Assembly (NCBI RefSeq): GCF_006345805.1
Contig: NC_042998.1
Coordinates: 124,930,001-124,994,000, forward strand
Reading direction: 5' to 3'
Origin: Octopus sinensis
Lineage: Eukaryota
Length of the DNA: 64,000 nucleotides
The position numbers and the translations under genes were made by a program. Positions within the stretch are counted from its first letter, which is position 1. Each line of letters opens with the position of its first letter. This document shows positions 23,783 through 36,432 of this stretch, in pieces. The notes under the pieces are model-generated. The model was not told where the DNA came from and ran no database searches. It saw nothing but the letters and a program-made list of their open reading frames with translations.

Positions 23783-25515
23783 TATATATATATGGTGCTT
23801 ATGCTTCGTGAAGGAGATCACCAATAGACGAATTGACAGTGTAACGAGAACCCAATCGAGAAAACAAACCAGTGATGAAACCCCACCATAGTTGCTTGGT
23901 TGGCGATAAATAGCAAACGGGATCTCCCTCAAATCACATTCCGCCGCCGGCTATAGAGGAAGCACATATTGGATTATATAGTTCTAGATACAGGAGGTAC
24001 GAGAGATTCGATGATCATGATGGGAAAGCCTTCAATTATTAATTTTCACTATCATAGTGACACAGGGCCCAACAACAACAGGCATCAACCAAAAGGTCGT
24101 AGAGTTTCATCTGTTACTGATATTAGTGTTGGGGTAATGCATAGTCAGTGAAATGTCGACATAAAGCATCCATAATTAAACACCAATATTTTTTTTAAGC
24201 TGAACTCAAATAATGTTATTGGAATTGTTATTTACAAAATCTGTCATTCCGTCCAAAGGCTTATCGTCACAGAAATCCAAAATGAGAAACGGTGTTCGAG
24301 AATCATTGATTATTTATATGGTGACTGACCTTGTTATTATTTGACAAAGTTATTCAATGATTTTTGTAAACGTTAACATATTTGAAAATACAAAAATTAT
24401 GGTTACCAACCTGAAGCATCATACCTAACTATAGACAATGAATCAAACTGTTTTCGGAATTAGGCTGCTCCAGTGTCTCCAGTTATGAACTTTTGAAAAC
24501 TTGGACCCAATTAAAATTGTATTTCAATTCATGAAGTAAAAACATAAATTATTTCCGATAAGAATAAATGAATACCATAGCTATTATATTCTTAAAATCA
24601 ACATGATCATAATCGAAAACTAGGTGTGTGTATTAGCGGGTTTTCCTATAAATTAACTTTATACCTTTAATTTTTGCTTTCAGGTAACACGAAGTGGTTC
24701 TACTTTTTGTCGTCATCCGGTACCAAAGTCTTATATTGTTAACCTCATAAAATTCAAAATATATTTTTAAAATATTTATCATGTTGAATCGTTGTGAAAA
24801 CAACTATTTAATTCATTTTTTGAAGAAATAAGAATTTATGTATTTGACTCTACAAAACAAAGAAACGACGTTCAAATTTCTATCTCCCCTTGTATTGAAA
24901 CTTAGAATTTAGTGGAATGGAGACAACTTTGGGATCATGTCACTATTGAGTTGTGTCCATTGCTGATAAGCTTAATTGTCTACAAACTATTACATATGTT
25001 TTTAAATAAACAACTATAACATTATAACCTTTACGAGTCTTTTGATGTTTCTATATGAAGAAAGCGCACTCTTTAACAGAAGTAGAGCCTTATGACAGAA
25101 AACCATCTTAAAACACACAAATAGGAGTGAATATGCAATCGCTCGTCAAACTATAAATACGAGAAAATTTTTTCAAAAATACACCCAACCTGCAGTCTTA
25201 AAATTGAATATCCTGAGTAGTATGGTGCACAGAAAAAGACGGCTTGGTCCAGATTGGAATATATTTGATCACAGGTTTACTGTATGAGGGCAGATTTGGT
25301 ACTGTACAGCAACCGAAGATCGCATAACTCAATGAATCAAGCAACTGTGTGTAGGATGTGTACGTCGCAAATTGTGAAAGAGTGAAAAAGAATTAGAAAG
25401 TTTAAAAATACTTTCTTTTTATAAAATATTGTATAACGTAGCACGTAATGTATTCAGTATAACTGGGTTCTTTAACAAAATTTTTTTTTTAAATGCCGAA
25501 CTCAACGAGACCCAC

Positions 25516-25970
25516 TTAAGGATATTTGAAGCGACATGATATTTAAAACTGTATGATCGTTTAGTCAGTGTTTTTCGGGAAATTAGCTTTAGTTCATTGC
25601 CTGAATTAGTGGTGTTACATGTGAAAATAGTGTATACATCTTGAAAGATTTGAAAGTAGTTTATACGCGTCTCGCCAATGTAAGAAAATATGGAATCCAC
25701 TGATTGCTGTAGGGCTGCTGGAAAAGTGATGTTAAATAAGCGTTTCTTAATAAATATATTTGTTTTCAGACTAACTCTGAAAGTTCACTCTAATTATAAG
25801 GAATACTTCTAAGTAGAAAGGAAGTGCTGACAATACATTGAAGAGATAGAAATTCTGCTATTTTTCCTTCACCAAGCTGACTTACTTTTCAATCACAAAA
25901 TGGTTTCCATTACCAAAATTATTCTGTTCATCTTGGAAGATCGATAATCCCACACTCATGTCTGGAAGTA
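25516..25970 (-). CDS. Candidate pair of coding exons of an unidentified host gene (25970-25886 and 25776-25516)
   Basis: tgcag|85 nt|gtaagt, a 109-nt intron, then ttcag|261 nt|gtgggt. Phases match (2/2) and give an open peptide LPDMSVGLSIFQDEQNNFGNGNHFVIEKVSLKTNIFIKKRLFNITFPAALQQSVDSIFSYIGETRINYF.... No family recognised; could be chance. Confidence 0.25.
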
Positions 25971-28900
25971 CTGCATATATTTCAGAGTAATACTCTTATA
26001 CAATCGTTTAAAATTAATCATTTCAATAGCTTAGTTGTTGTAGCCAAACAACTATCGACTCTTCGCACAAACTGCGATATTACAAAATGCAAGGTTATGA
26101 GTGAACCAGCTTAGCCTCATTCATGATTGTAGCTAAATATCAAACGTTCTACAGTGGATTATTTCTAAATTCAAAGTATATATTAAAGAATTTATTAGAA
26201 GCAATGAAATTATGAAGTCGGTAGATATTTAGAATATAGCTTTCGGCCAAAACATATACACGAACATTAGAAAATTTGCTATTATTAGTTTTATGTTTTT
26301 TTTTTTTTCTTATTTTCTTTGCCCCTAATTTTAGAATAGCTTTTAAAGATAATGAAAGACAAGTTGTTGCAATTCAATGTATCTTTGCACGAATTATTGC
26401 TATTGGCTATAAACAGAGAATAGATAGATATTAACATTTATCTATTTATTAAAGTTTGAAACAAAGAAAAAAAAAGAAAACTTAATACAAAATGCATATA
26501 TTTATTAAATAAATGAAAATTTACTTAGGCTTTGAGAATAACATCTCATATTGATACAATTTACATAGTAATGTCTCGAGGGAAAACTATCGACGAGCTA
26601 CGAATCTAGAAAGGTTCAGATGTCTCTATGTGTGCATGATAATATAGTATTAGGATTAAGTATAAGATGTGGTTGGATGGTATGTTACAACTCACTTAAG
26701 TTAATATTATTGTCTCCGTTTCTTCTTCTATAACGTGATGCAGTTATCTAATAGTCTGAATTTAGAAATAATCTCAGAAATTTGCACAAGTAGTACCAGT
26801 CTTAAAAGCAAAGTCTTAGAGTGTTTTTCCTTTTTCATTCTCTTTGTTTAAAACATTTTCTCCGGTACCATCATTTACTTAAATCACGAATTTATTATTC
26901 CCTCTATGGTGGTGAAATTTTAAATAACTACGCGCGCACACACAAATATATGTGTATGTGAGTATGTATAAATGTTTTCTTTGCGATCTTACCCCCGTGA
27001 TTTTGATCTTGCAATTTCAGCTTAAAGCTCTCTAACTGGCTCAGACATGAGCAATGTTTTAGGACGTAGATACTAATGCATAATAATCTATATTGCAACC
27101 AGCTGAGACATGTTTAATCGCCATCTGCAGGTCCACATCAGATCCGTCATTAAATATAAGATTTCCTTAGAAGTTAAAAATAGAAGTTACTATACTGTTT
27201 TGTTTCATTTTGTTTTTGTATTAGTATAAACAGTGGTAACTAAGTCAAAATGAATGCGACTACGAATCGAAATAAATATCTTTAGAAACATGAAAAAAAA
27301 ACAGAAAATGATACCTTACTGAATTAGATACAACAAAAAAGTGATAAATTGCTGGATCTGAACATTTTACATGGAGAAAATGCCTGTTGAATCGACTCTG
27401 GTGTATTCTTGTTAGTCAAGATAAGATTTGACCTCCAAAGTTCTAAACTCATACGTAACAAATATTATGTCTCCTATGATATTTAGTCCTGTAGACCGCT
27501 GACTAGCGATGAATATCGATAGTATGATGGTTTATTGAAAGAATATACCTCAAACGGAAATCATACTATGATAATGATTCCTCGGTGATGTACTATGGGT
27601 CCAATTCGAGAAATAGGGTAGCAGATCGGCAGTCATTAGAGCATTTGTAAAAATACATCGTGGTCTCAGCTCAAATCTCATTGTGGATAAATGGTGACAT
27701 GGAGAAAAGAAACCAACATGAATGAGTAACCACCAGTCTTCACTAAAAAGAAAAAAGATGAAAATATCTTAACCAGGTTTACACATGCAAGTGCAAATGC
27801 TGAGCCAAGCTTGACTGACAGAAGCCCCAATATATTTGAGAAAGTAAGAGACTGCTTTTATGAAGGACTGCTTTAGAAGTCTAAATGAAGTGTTAAATCT
27901 AATGAGTACAACACATAACTTTATAATACATAAATATTTAAAACAAAACCTGAGTTTTCCAGCCATGAAACTAAACAGTTAATAAATAGTAAAATATCAT
28001 TTAAAACGAAAGGACAGCAATATTTTTCGAAATGCTTTCGTTTACATTGAAACTTAAGCTATTTGTGTTTAAATTTATAATTAATGTCTGAGTCACTGAT
28101 TTCCCAATAATTAAAAATTCGGCTGACATATCTTAAAGTAAGAGAAAAACGATTATAGCAATAAATTCTAAATGTCTGCGTTTGTATTGTTAGTAACAAG
28201 CAACTTCGTTTGCTCCTGGTGACGTACGAAGAGCAATCGTTTTATACAATAACCGCAGTTACGACAATATATTTGCAGGATATATTCATTTATCAAATTC
28301 TGTAAACACGTCTACAGTATAGACGCTGTTCAAGTGTCACAGTTACAATGTTTTCGCGATACAATTACTCTCCCTAATGAAGATTTAACGAATTTTTCAT
28401 TGACATATGAGCTTCGCCAGTAATTCATTATAACTGATGTAAACGTACGGTTGTTACTGCATATACATGCATATAGACACATACTTAATAACTGTGTATA
28501 TGTGTGTCTATACATATATATCTCTCTATATATAAACGGCAGTTTGTCTGTGCGTGCTTCTGTGTGTCTGTTTTCTCGTACCCTCACCCTGACCACGGCT
28601 TTCAACCGATTCTGATGAAACTTGACACACACATAGCCCAATGTCATAATTCAAAACTAACGAAGCGAAAATTTTGAAAAGTTCCCCCAGTTCTGAAAAA
28701 AATTGATAAATTCGACATGGGGTCGAGAATCATAAACATGAACCACAGACTGTCTAGGGGACGCAACTCGAGAATCTAAGCTTTTTTTATGCAACGCATT
28801 ATCTATGGTAGTTTTCACAACTTGCAATCGATTTTCACCAAACTCATGGTGAAGCTTAATGTTACCCTAAGAAACTCAATTCTGACGTTAGTTTTCCATG

Positions 28901-29549
28901 CAATACCTTACCATCAGAAACAATCGATAAAATCATGCCATTTTGGGAAATCGCGTTCAAATTCAAGATGACATATTTTCGACAATATCTTTCACAAATT
29001 GGCAGGAATCTTTTTTTTTTCACAACGAGCATCATGTCTGCTCCAAGGAGCTATATAGCCCTTTTTATTCCAATAGGATACATTATTGGAAAAGATCGGT
29101 TCATTTAATCATATGTGGCACACATAGCAAACAAATTTGTGTATTAAACACAAACCAGACCGTCTAGGGGACGCAACTTGACCTTTTTAGCTATCGATAA
29201 TTCGATCCAACCAATTCCTACCAGGAAGAAATTACATTCGAGACTTACCCCCAACACCGCCACTTCTGCTAATAGCTGCTGCAGCCGCAAGTTATTCGAA
29301 TACTTTTTGGGTTTAAACTTTCTTTATAACTACCTCCCCAAACGTTTTACCTTCAATTTTTGACGTACCCTAACGGTCCTCGGACGCTACTTGCAAACTC
29401 TTGGTTTATTATAAACCACTTTTGTCGTGTGCATCAAAAAACTTTTCCTTTCGTTTGTTCAGTTTGATCACTTTTGACTTTTTCGTTGTTGTCACTCACA
29501 TTGCTGCCAGCTTTTTGGCCGTTTTTGTACATTTTTATACATTTTCGGA

Positions 29550-29671
29550 TACTTACCCCACGAGCTCCTTTTTATTACACCTTTACCAAACACATTGCTA
29601 TCCACCAAAATACTTACCCCACGTGTTCCTTTTTATTACACCTTTGCCAAACACATTGCTATCCACCAAAA
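29550..29671 (+). repeat. 61-bp tandem duplication immediately upstream of the RepHel ATG
   Basis: tacttaccccacg...cacattgctatccaccaaaa occurs at 29550 and 29611. Confidence 0.92.
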
Positions 29672-32600
29672 TGCCACCCAAGAAGAGAAGGACCCTCCTC
29701 AACCTCGGACGGCCAAGGCATCGGCTGCTAGGGCTAGAAGGGCACGCGAGACCCACGAGGAAACCGCCTTGCGCCTCTCGCAAACAGCTTCCCGTTATGC
29801 CGCTGCTCAGGCATCTGAAACTACTAGCGACCGTTCTACCCGACTTGCAAGGGTCGCAGCGTACAGATCTTCCCTCCGCTCGAGGTTGACGAAAGAGCAA
29901 CAGTCCAGCCAAAACATGCGGGCTTCTTACTGTGCTTCCATCCGCAGAGCTCGCGAGAACCCCGAACAAAGGGCCATTCGGAATGCGGCTAACGCCACTA
30001 GCACTGCCAGGACACGATCTGTCGAAACCTCACAGCAGAGGAGAACTCGCCAAGATGCTGACGCCGCAAACAAAGCCATGGCCAAAGCTGCCAAAACACC
30101 TCAACAGAGGAGAGCTCGCCAAGCTGCTAACGCCGCAAACACAGCCAGGGCTCGATCTGCCGAAACTCCACACCAACGGACTATTCGGACATCCAGACAT
30201 GCCATTAACACTGCTTCTGCTAGGGCTTCAGAGGGTGCTGAGGCGAGAGCTGAAAGGCTTTCAAGGGATGCCACTGCTACCGCTGTCGCACGTGCATCTG
30301 AATCTGCTGAGGCACGGTGCACTCGACTTGAGAGTATCAACAAACGTCGGGATATCATTCGTGGTGTACGTACCCCTGCCCCCGCTTTCTGGTTGTCACT
30401 AGCATTCAACTACGACGCCACAATTAACTTCTCCTTGCGTGACGACATCAAGATAGGGTCAATGACAATTGTATGCCAGTTTTGCAAAGCCAAGAAATGG
30501 CCCGGAGAGCCACCTGGTTTGTGCTGCTCTGGTGGCAAAGTGGACCTGCCACCCCTACGGGAACCACCTCAACCACTGAAGGATCTCGCGGCGGGTTTAA
30601 CCCCCGATTCGTCACAATTCCTTGAAATAATTCGAAAGTACAACTGCTCATTCCAAATGACCTCTTTCGGGGTCAAAATTCCTCCCAGAGAAGGCTGGAT
30701 GCCTACTTTCAAAGTGCAGGGACAGGTCTACCATCTTATTGGGTCACTTCTGCCAGACGAGATTCAGCAGTCTTCTTTCCTCCAAATATACTTCATTGCC
30801 GACTACAACCACCAGGTTGATGCACGCCTTGGAATAATACGGGTACAAGCTATGTTCCCCGCAAAGACATTCTTCTCCGTCTCCAAACCATGCTTCATGA
30901 TATCAACAGCTACGTCTGCAGCTTCAGATATGCCTTGGACAGTGCTCCTTCTCCAAACTTCACCGTTGTCATTGATGCTGATAAACGACCCCACGGGGAG
31001 CACGAACGCCGTTTCAACGCACCTGCGTGCAACGAAATTGCCGCAGTTATACACGGAGAGCAACACAACAGCCGTGACATAATCATCTCCTCCCGTGGTA
31101 ACAACCTACACAGGATCAGCGAGACTCACAGATCTTATGACGCGCTTCAGTATCCATTGCTTTTCCCTTATGGGGAAGACGGCTACCACTTCGGAATTCC
31201 TTTACGGCAGCCCTCCAATCAAACTACTGCTGCATCAAAGACGGTTTCCTGCAGGGCGTTCTACTCATACCGGTTCATGGTCAGGGAGGGTGAGTTCAAC
31301 TTATTGCCCCGTTGTCGTCAGCTATTCAACCAGTTCGCCGTCGACATGGCCGCAAAAATGGAATCGGAAAGGCTGCTATACATTAAACTTAATCAGACCA
31401 AACTTCGCTCCGACTCCTACTTTCATCTCCGTGACGGTTTGCAACAAGAAAATGACCCTCGCAACATCGGCAAGCCATGCATTCTACCCTCCACCTTCAC
31501 GGGAGGACCGCGATATATGCGTGAAAGGACCCAAGACGCCTTGACCTACGTGCGCATTTACGGCCGGCCGGACCTCTTTATCACCTACACGTGCAATCCC
31601 AGCTGCGACGAAATCACTCGCGAAATCCTCCCGGGTCAATCTCACACCCATCGACACGACATCGTTGCTAGGGTTTTCCGTCTGAATTTGGGCAAAATGA
31701 AGGATTTGATAGTTAAGGGTCAGATTTTCGGGCATGTCAGGTGCCACATGTTTTCGGTCGAGTGGCAAAAGAGGGGCTTGCCACATGCTCACATCTTAAT
31801 TTTGGCTCACTCATAAAATCGAGACTAATGACATTGACAAATTCATTTCCGCCGAGATTCCTGACCCCGATGAGGACCCCGGACTCTACGAAATTGTCCG
31901 CACTACCATGGTACACGGGCCCTGTGGACCAAATTACGCCAACACACCATGCTACAAAAACGGATTAGCCTGCTCAAAGGGATTCCCTAAACGGTTCACT
32001 TTGGAGACTAAAACAGGCGGCGATGGGTATCCGCTGTACAAACGAAGGAGTCCAGCCAATGGAGGCCGCACGATTACGGTTGGGCGACATCAAGTGGACA
32101 ACAGCTACATTGTCCCCTACTGTCCTCTCCTGTCGAAGATATTCAAAGCCCACGTCAACGTTGAGTTCTGCAGCTCCATCAGGTCAATACAATATGTCTG
32201 CAAATATATCAACAAAGGCAGCGATGCTACCATGTTCAGCATCCAGAGGACCACCAGTCGCGACGAAGTGTCCAACTACTTGGCTGGCCGGTACCTCAGC
32301 AGCAACGAAGCGTTTTGGCGCATTTACGGCTTCCCGCTCCATCAGAGACACCCGGCTGTGGTGCAGCTTGCTGTACACTTGGAAAATGGACAGGGGATTT
32401 ACTTCACAGAGCAAAGTGCTGTGCAGATAGCCACCAGCCCTAAAGACACAACGTTGACTGGTTTCTTCAAATTATGCCAACGTGATGACTTCGCTCGAAC
32501 GCTTTTGTACCCACAGGTCCCATCGTACTTCGTGTGGTCTAAAAACACCTGGATTCGACGGAAATCCGGCAAAAACGTCGAAAGCTTCCCAGGCGTCAAG

Positions 32601-34537
32601 TTTGACTCCTGCCTGGGTCGAGTTTACAACATCCGCCAAACCAGCAAGAATGCTTCTACCTCCGTCTCCTTCTACATGAGGTCACTGGTCCAACAGGTTT
32701 CGCCAATATACGTACCGTCAATGGGGTTCTGTGCGACACCTTCAGGGAAGCATGTATGAGACTTGGCCTTCTAGAGGATGACTCCCAGTGGGACGCCACG
32801 ATGGCAGAGGGTGCTTTACTGCAAACGCATTCGGCCCTACGACATCTTTTCGCAATCCTTCTTCAAAAATGTCAGCTTAGTCATCCACTAAGTCTCTGGA
32901 TGAAATACAGGGATGACATGTCGCACGACTTCTTACGTACGGCTCAGCAACACTGCCCTTCCGCCGAGATCACGTTCACCAACTTCATTTACAATTTTGC
33001 GCTCATTCAACTCGAAGACGCTGTCATCGATATGGGTGGGTCTGCTTTAACAGAGTACGGCCTTCCACCACCCACACGTGAACACGCCAATGTTATGTCT
33101 GCTGAATTGTTACGCGAAACTTCCTACTGCATTGAGGAACTGCACCAGTACGTCCAAGATAATGAACCACGGCTGCTTCCAGACCAGCGCATAGCCTACA
33201 ACACCATCGTAGACTCTGTCAGACAGCAACGTGGGGGGATTTTCTTCCTTGATGCACCCGGCGGCACTGGCAAAACCTTCGTCACTAAACTAATTCTGGC
33301 AGAGGTCAGACGCAACACGGACATTGCCCTGGCTGTAGCTTCCTCTGGTATCGCGGCCACGTTGCTTCCGGGTGGCAGAACCGCCCACTCTGCCTTCAGA
33401 CTCCCGCTCGATCTGGCAAAGTCCGAGTCACCTATCTGCAACATCGCCAAGAACTCAGAACAGGCCGACATTCTTCGCAGATGCAAACTCATCGTATGGG
33501 ACGAGTGCACTATGGCACACAAAGGCGCCCTTGAGGCACTGGACAGGTCCCTGCAAGACATCAGAGACTCTACGGCCCCCATGGGAGGATTAACTTTACT
33601 TCTTTCAGGAGACTTCAGGCAGACTCTACCTGTTATTCCAAAAGGAACCCGTGCCGATGCCGTGCGCGCGTGCCTTAAGTCGTCAGCTCTTTGGGCACAT
33701 GTGCGGCCCTTGCACCTCCAAACTAACATGCGCGCGCAGTTAATTGGTGACAGCGGATCCGCTGCATTCTCCAGGGACCTCTTATCGCTCGGTGAAAATA
33801 GGATGCTGTCTGATGCGGATGGCTACGTTCAATTGGACTCACTTTGCACCATTGTCGACACCCTGCTAGCCTCCGGGACGCTGTCTTCCACGACCTACAA
33901 AACAATTTACGCGACCTAAAATGGCTGGCAGGCAGAGCTATTCTCGCACCCAAAAATACAACCGTCAACTCCATCAATATCCAGCTACTTGAAGCTATTC
34001 CTGATGATGTCCACGTCTACAAATCTATAGATAGGACAGCAGACCCCGCCCAGCTTGCCGATTATCCTGTTGAATTACTGAATTCACTTGAACCGCCAGG
34101 CCTGCCACCACACATCCTGAAGTTAAAAGTCGGTGCGCCCATTATGCTCATCAGGAATTTGGTTCCACCTAAACAGTGCAACGGCACACGTTTGGTTGTG
34201 AAACATTTGGCACCACATTAATAACGGCCACAATACTTACCGGTTGTGGGAAGGGAGAGGACGTCTTCATTCCACGGATGCACCTTCAACCGTCGGGCGC
34301 TGACCTACCAATCCACTTCAGGCGTTCTCAGTTTCCTGTTAAACTCTGCTTCGCAAGTCGATCAATAAATCCCAAGGCCAAACGCTACAAGTCGCTGGGT
34401 TACATTTGGGCGAACAGTGCTTCGCCCACGGTCAACTCTACGTGGGCTGTTCACGCGTTGGGAGGCGCAATGATGTTTTCATGTTTTCGCCCAAACGGAC
34501 AGCTAGGAACATCGTATATACAGAAGTATTCCAGTGA
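29671..34537 (+). pseudogene. Helitron RepHel (HUH Rep + PIF1-like helicase), ~1620 codons, about 7 frameshifts
   Basis: MPPKKRR start; Zn-finger CQFCKAKKW...LCCSGG; Rep motifs GRPDLFITYTCN, VEWQKRGLPHAHIL and YVCKYINKG; helicase motifs DAPGGTGKT, IVWDE, GDFRQTLPV, ILAPKN, SINKSQGQTL and HGQLYVGCSRV; stop at 34535-34537. Confidence 0.93.
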
Positions 34538-34658
34538 AGACAAGACATTGCAACGTCCACATGCACCTTCGTTCCCTGGAGGGAAAGGACTACATTGGGA
34601 TTAGTCGTTGCCTACTAGGGGCTCTTATATACCCGGGCAACGCCGGGCTATGCTGCTA

Positions 34659-34659
<1 letters not shown>

Positions 34660-34726
<67 letters not shown>
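34660..34726. repeat. (TA)n(GA)n microsatellite at the Helitron 3' junction
   Basis: Direct reading. Confidence 0.9.
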
Positions 34727-34730
<4 letters not shown>

Positions 34731-35476
34731 TTTGTTAGTGCACAGAGAAAATAAATTTGAGGAGTGAATCGAAGATTGATAGATTAACTCCTTGGTAAAA
34801 AGTTGGGTCGAACATAGAAATAAACTGAAATAGTATGCTATTTTGATAACAGTAGCTTTCTCATTATCCAGTTCAGTCATTTTTTCCAAATTATGAACGC
34901 TATCCACTTTCAAAGCGAACAGTGGCGACATAGTTGTCATAGATGCAGAAGTAAATCTACATAAAGGATGTATAAGCTATTTAAACAGTTTCCAACTTTA
35001 CTATAGTTACTACTAATTAAATTACGAAGTAGTTTTTCTTAAAAAGGTTCCATTGTGTCTTTGGTTGAGCTTGAAAATTTGCAGTTCTTTTTTTGTTCTT
35101 TGGGATTTGGTTGTGCATAAAATAAGATTTGTGTTAAAACTATAATTAAGAAAATAACAACACCTGCTGGTTGTTTTAATATTTAATATGGTATCTAAAT
35201 GAAGTTACTGTATAAACGTTTTAACTTACTTAATGGAAACTTATTGAAGTAGTTTCGCTTTCGGCGTGGTAGTAGCAGCGGTTAACCTCGTCGTTGCGTT
35301 CAACTTCCTCAACGAGTCAATGGTGGTACAGCTGACGCTGATAGTGGTGGTGATGATGGCGTTGGTTATAGTCGTAGTTGTGATACCGGTCGTCATAGTG
35401 GTGGTGATTGAAATGGTTGTGATTATAGTATTGGTGAATGTACAGGGGGAACACATGACGGTGGTAGAAATGTTTT

Positions 35477-35926
35477 GGATCTTTTCGGTTTGAACGGCAG
35501 GTTTTTTCTAGCGGTGTCATATGAAATTGTCACCCATAGTTATGACCTTAGTATCGATCTATTGCATTTCAATCTGTTTTAGGGTTGGGGTTAGTTAGGG
35601 TTAGTTAGGATTAGGGTTAGGGTTAGGAGTGGGGGAAGGGTATCTCTTTTTCTTCAGAAATGTAAATAAACCCAATCTGTTTCTTAAACGAGGGTCATAT
35701 TCATACGGCACAGAATGTTTTCACCTCAATAGACGTTATTGATTGGTTGAAATTGCAGAAATTGAAGAGAAAAAAACAACAAATATCTTACAAACTATAG
35801 AATTTTCTCAATAAAGCCAAGAGAGAAAGATGTTTTATAAACACATTCTACCAGTATACGAAGTTTAAAAGTGTTTAGTTACGTTGAAATTATTTTTAAA
35901 AACTGCCGTTCAAACCGAAAAGATTC
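35477..35926 (+). mobile_element. MITE with 24-bp TIRs, 8-bp TSD and internal TTAGGG-like repeats
   Basis: TIRs ggatcttttcggtttgaacggcag / ctgccgttcaaaccgaaaagattc; TSD AATGTTTT at 35469-35476 and 35927-35934; gggttag/ttaggg repeats at ~35580-35627. Confidence 0.85.
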
Positions 35927-36214
35927 AATGTTTTTAGTCAGGATTAGTGGACACTCTGAGGATATCCCTAAATATTAAGACATTTGATATAATGATAGCA
36001 AAATGATAACCAGTATTGACGCCTATCCTGATAATTGCATTTGTTTCGATTTGTCTTAGAGAATTTAAGTATGCCCCACGATGTGATGGAAGCGATGGAA
36101 ATGTTTGTGTTATTGTGGTAGTAGTGATTGTGATAATCAAGATACTGTAGCAGGGTGACAAAAGCAGTTGTTATTGTTGTGGGTGCGATAGTGGTTATCA
36201 TAACAGTCACGATT

Positions 36215-36432
36215 AAGGCAGCGAGCTGGCAGAATCGTTAGCACGCCGGGCAAAATGCTTAACGGCATTTCGTATGTCCTTACGCTCTGAGTTCAAATAC
36301 TGCCGAAGTCGGCGTTGCCTTATATCCTTCGGAGTCGATAAAAAAGAGTAGCAGTTGAGCACTGGGGGCGATGTAATCGACTAGCTCCCTTCCCCGAAAT
36401 TGCTGGCTTTATATCAAAATTTGAAACCATTA
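36215..36432 (+). mobile_element. Full-length SINE family A copy
   Basis: A-box-like gagctggcagaatcg, B-box gagttcaaatac, core ggcgatgtaatcgac, tail aatttgaaacc. Confidence 0.88.

Larger units (their letters stand above)
28521..34659 (+). mobile_element. Full-length autonomous-type Helitron (6139 bp)
   Basis: 5' A|TC at 28520/28521. 3' hairpin cccgg-gcaacg-ccggg (34632-34647) and terminal CTAG|T (34656-34660). No TSD. Internal RepHel gene. Confidence 0.92.

Noticed and set aside
25274-25310. Kinase glycine-loop-like LLYEGRFGTV
   Set aside because: A stop follows within a few codons and no other kinase motifs are present.
29598-33977. Long antisense and alternate-frame ORFs inside the Helitron
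   Set aside because: Shadow ORFs of GC-rich coding DNA; no recognisable motifs.
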